DNA of 63,371 nucleotides, filler included, from Reclinomonas americana ATCC 50394 (Eukaryota): NCBI GenBank assembly GCA_048213135.1. It is 5 parts of 5 records of this genome, joined end to end, with 100 filler letters (N's around TTAATTAATTAA, not from the genome) between each part and the next. Parts side by side here need not be neighbours in the genome. Positions count along the whole stretch, not along the records: positions 60,784 to 63,371 come from PS015419.1; 4 more parts are not named here. One strand, 5' to 3'. Shown piece by piece: positions 62,673 to 63,371 of this stretch (position 1 is its first letter; each line of letters starts with the position of its first letter). The notes under the pieces were generated by a model. It saw only the letters and a program-made list of their open reading frames with translations, ran no database searches and was not told where the DNA came from. The position numbers and the translations under genes were made by a program.

Positions 62673-63068
62673 GGTGGGACTGCTTTTGTCTCACTCCCTG
62701 TTCTGAACTTTCTCACCCTCTCGTGCGTGCACAGGTGGGAAACGTGAGTGAGCTGCAGGTTCTCTCTTCCAGCGGCCGCTCAATTAGCGGACCGGCGCAC
62801 CATGTCACATAAAATAAAGGTGCTGTGCAGACATTCGCCAGTTCGCCCTGTCCTTGTACATAATCCTTCGCCCTCACCAATAAGCGGACCAGCGCACCAT
62901 GTCACACGAAATAGAAGTGCTGTAAAGACATTCGTCTGCGTTGCAAATTGCAAATCTTGGCACACACTCTTCGCCCCGGAGCAGCGCAGCGTGTCGCAAT
63001 ACCAAAGGTGCTGTAAAGACATTCGCCTGCATTCCATAATATTCCCAAATCCCCCTCCGGTGCACGCC

Positions 63069-63225
63069 TCATCGCCCCGACGATCGCATGTACGGCTTGT
63101 CCGACAGCACCGCTTCCAAGTCGATGCTGCTGGCCTTGAGCGAGCACTTCTTCAGCATGCCATTGCACTCCGTCATCACCAGGTGCACAAACACCACCAG
63201 CGCTTGGAACAAGTTGTTGCGTCCC
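63069..63225 (-). CDS. Terminal exon of an unknown gene
   Basis: Acceptor ccacag then GRNNLFQALVVFVHLVMTECNGMLKKC..MRSSGR-stop. Confidence 0.35.
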
Positions 63226-63371
63226 TGTGGAAGAGAGGGAGTGAGAAAGACAAAACGCTCAAGCACACATAATCGTCGTCACCACGTACATCTGCGATGG
63301 TTGTCAACTCTCCTCTGCACTTCTCCGTCTACAACGCGTGCAAAATCACTTGACTCTCTCTCTCTCTCTCT

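Noticed and set aside
1..63371. Transposases, reverse transcriptases, rRNA and tRNA genes
   Set aside because: No supporting motifs recognised by eye.

Overview
Draft eukaryotic genomic DNA from an intron-rich, GA/CA-microsatellite-rich organism, probably a flagellated protist given TEDC1-, RSPH1- and TSNAXIP1-like genes. N-flanked TTAATTAATTAA spacers at 26162, 36155, 52567 and 60728 join five separate pieces, so adjacency across them is not biological. The main story is innate-immunity-like. Piece 1 opens with a tandem array of three paralogs sharing a hypervariable ankyrin sensor, a Pro linker and a coiled coil. Two end in an RLK/Pelle (IRAK-like) kinase. The third, rebuilt by hand from about 14 exons (frame-consistent through exon 13, last junction ambiguous), instead carries a DZIP3/Swt1-like HEPN domain (R-H-x3-H) and a pseudokinase. 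That is the RNase L parts list (ANK, pseudokinase, HEPN-type RNase) in a different order. A fourth ANK-CC-kinase and a decayed fifth copy lie on another piece. A separate piece encodes an NLR: possible ubiquitin-like domain, HEPN (RN-x3-H), NACHT, pentapeptide repeats and 14 WD40 repeats with HET-E-like variable positions. Other genes: TEDC1-like, arginase/agmatinase, Fe/Mn-SOD, a MORN protein, D-glutamate cyclase-like, a K+-channel pore protein and several hypotheticals. All domain calls come from motif recognition by eye; no searches were run.
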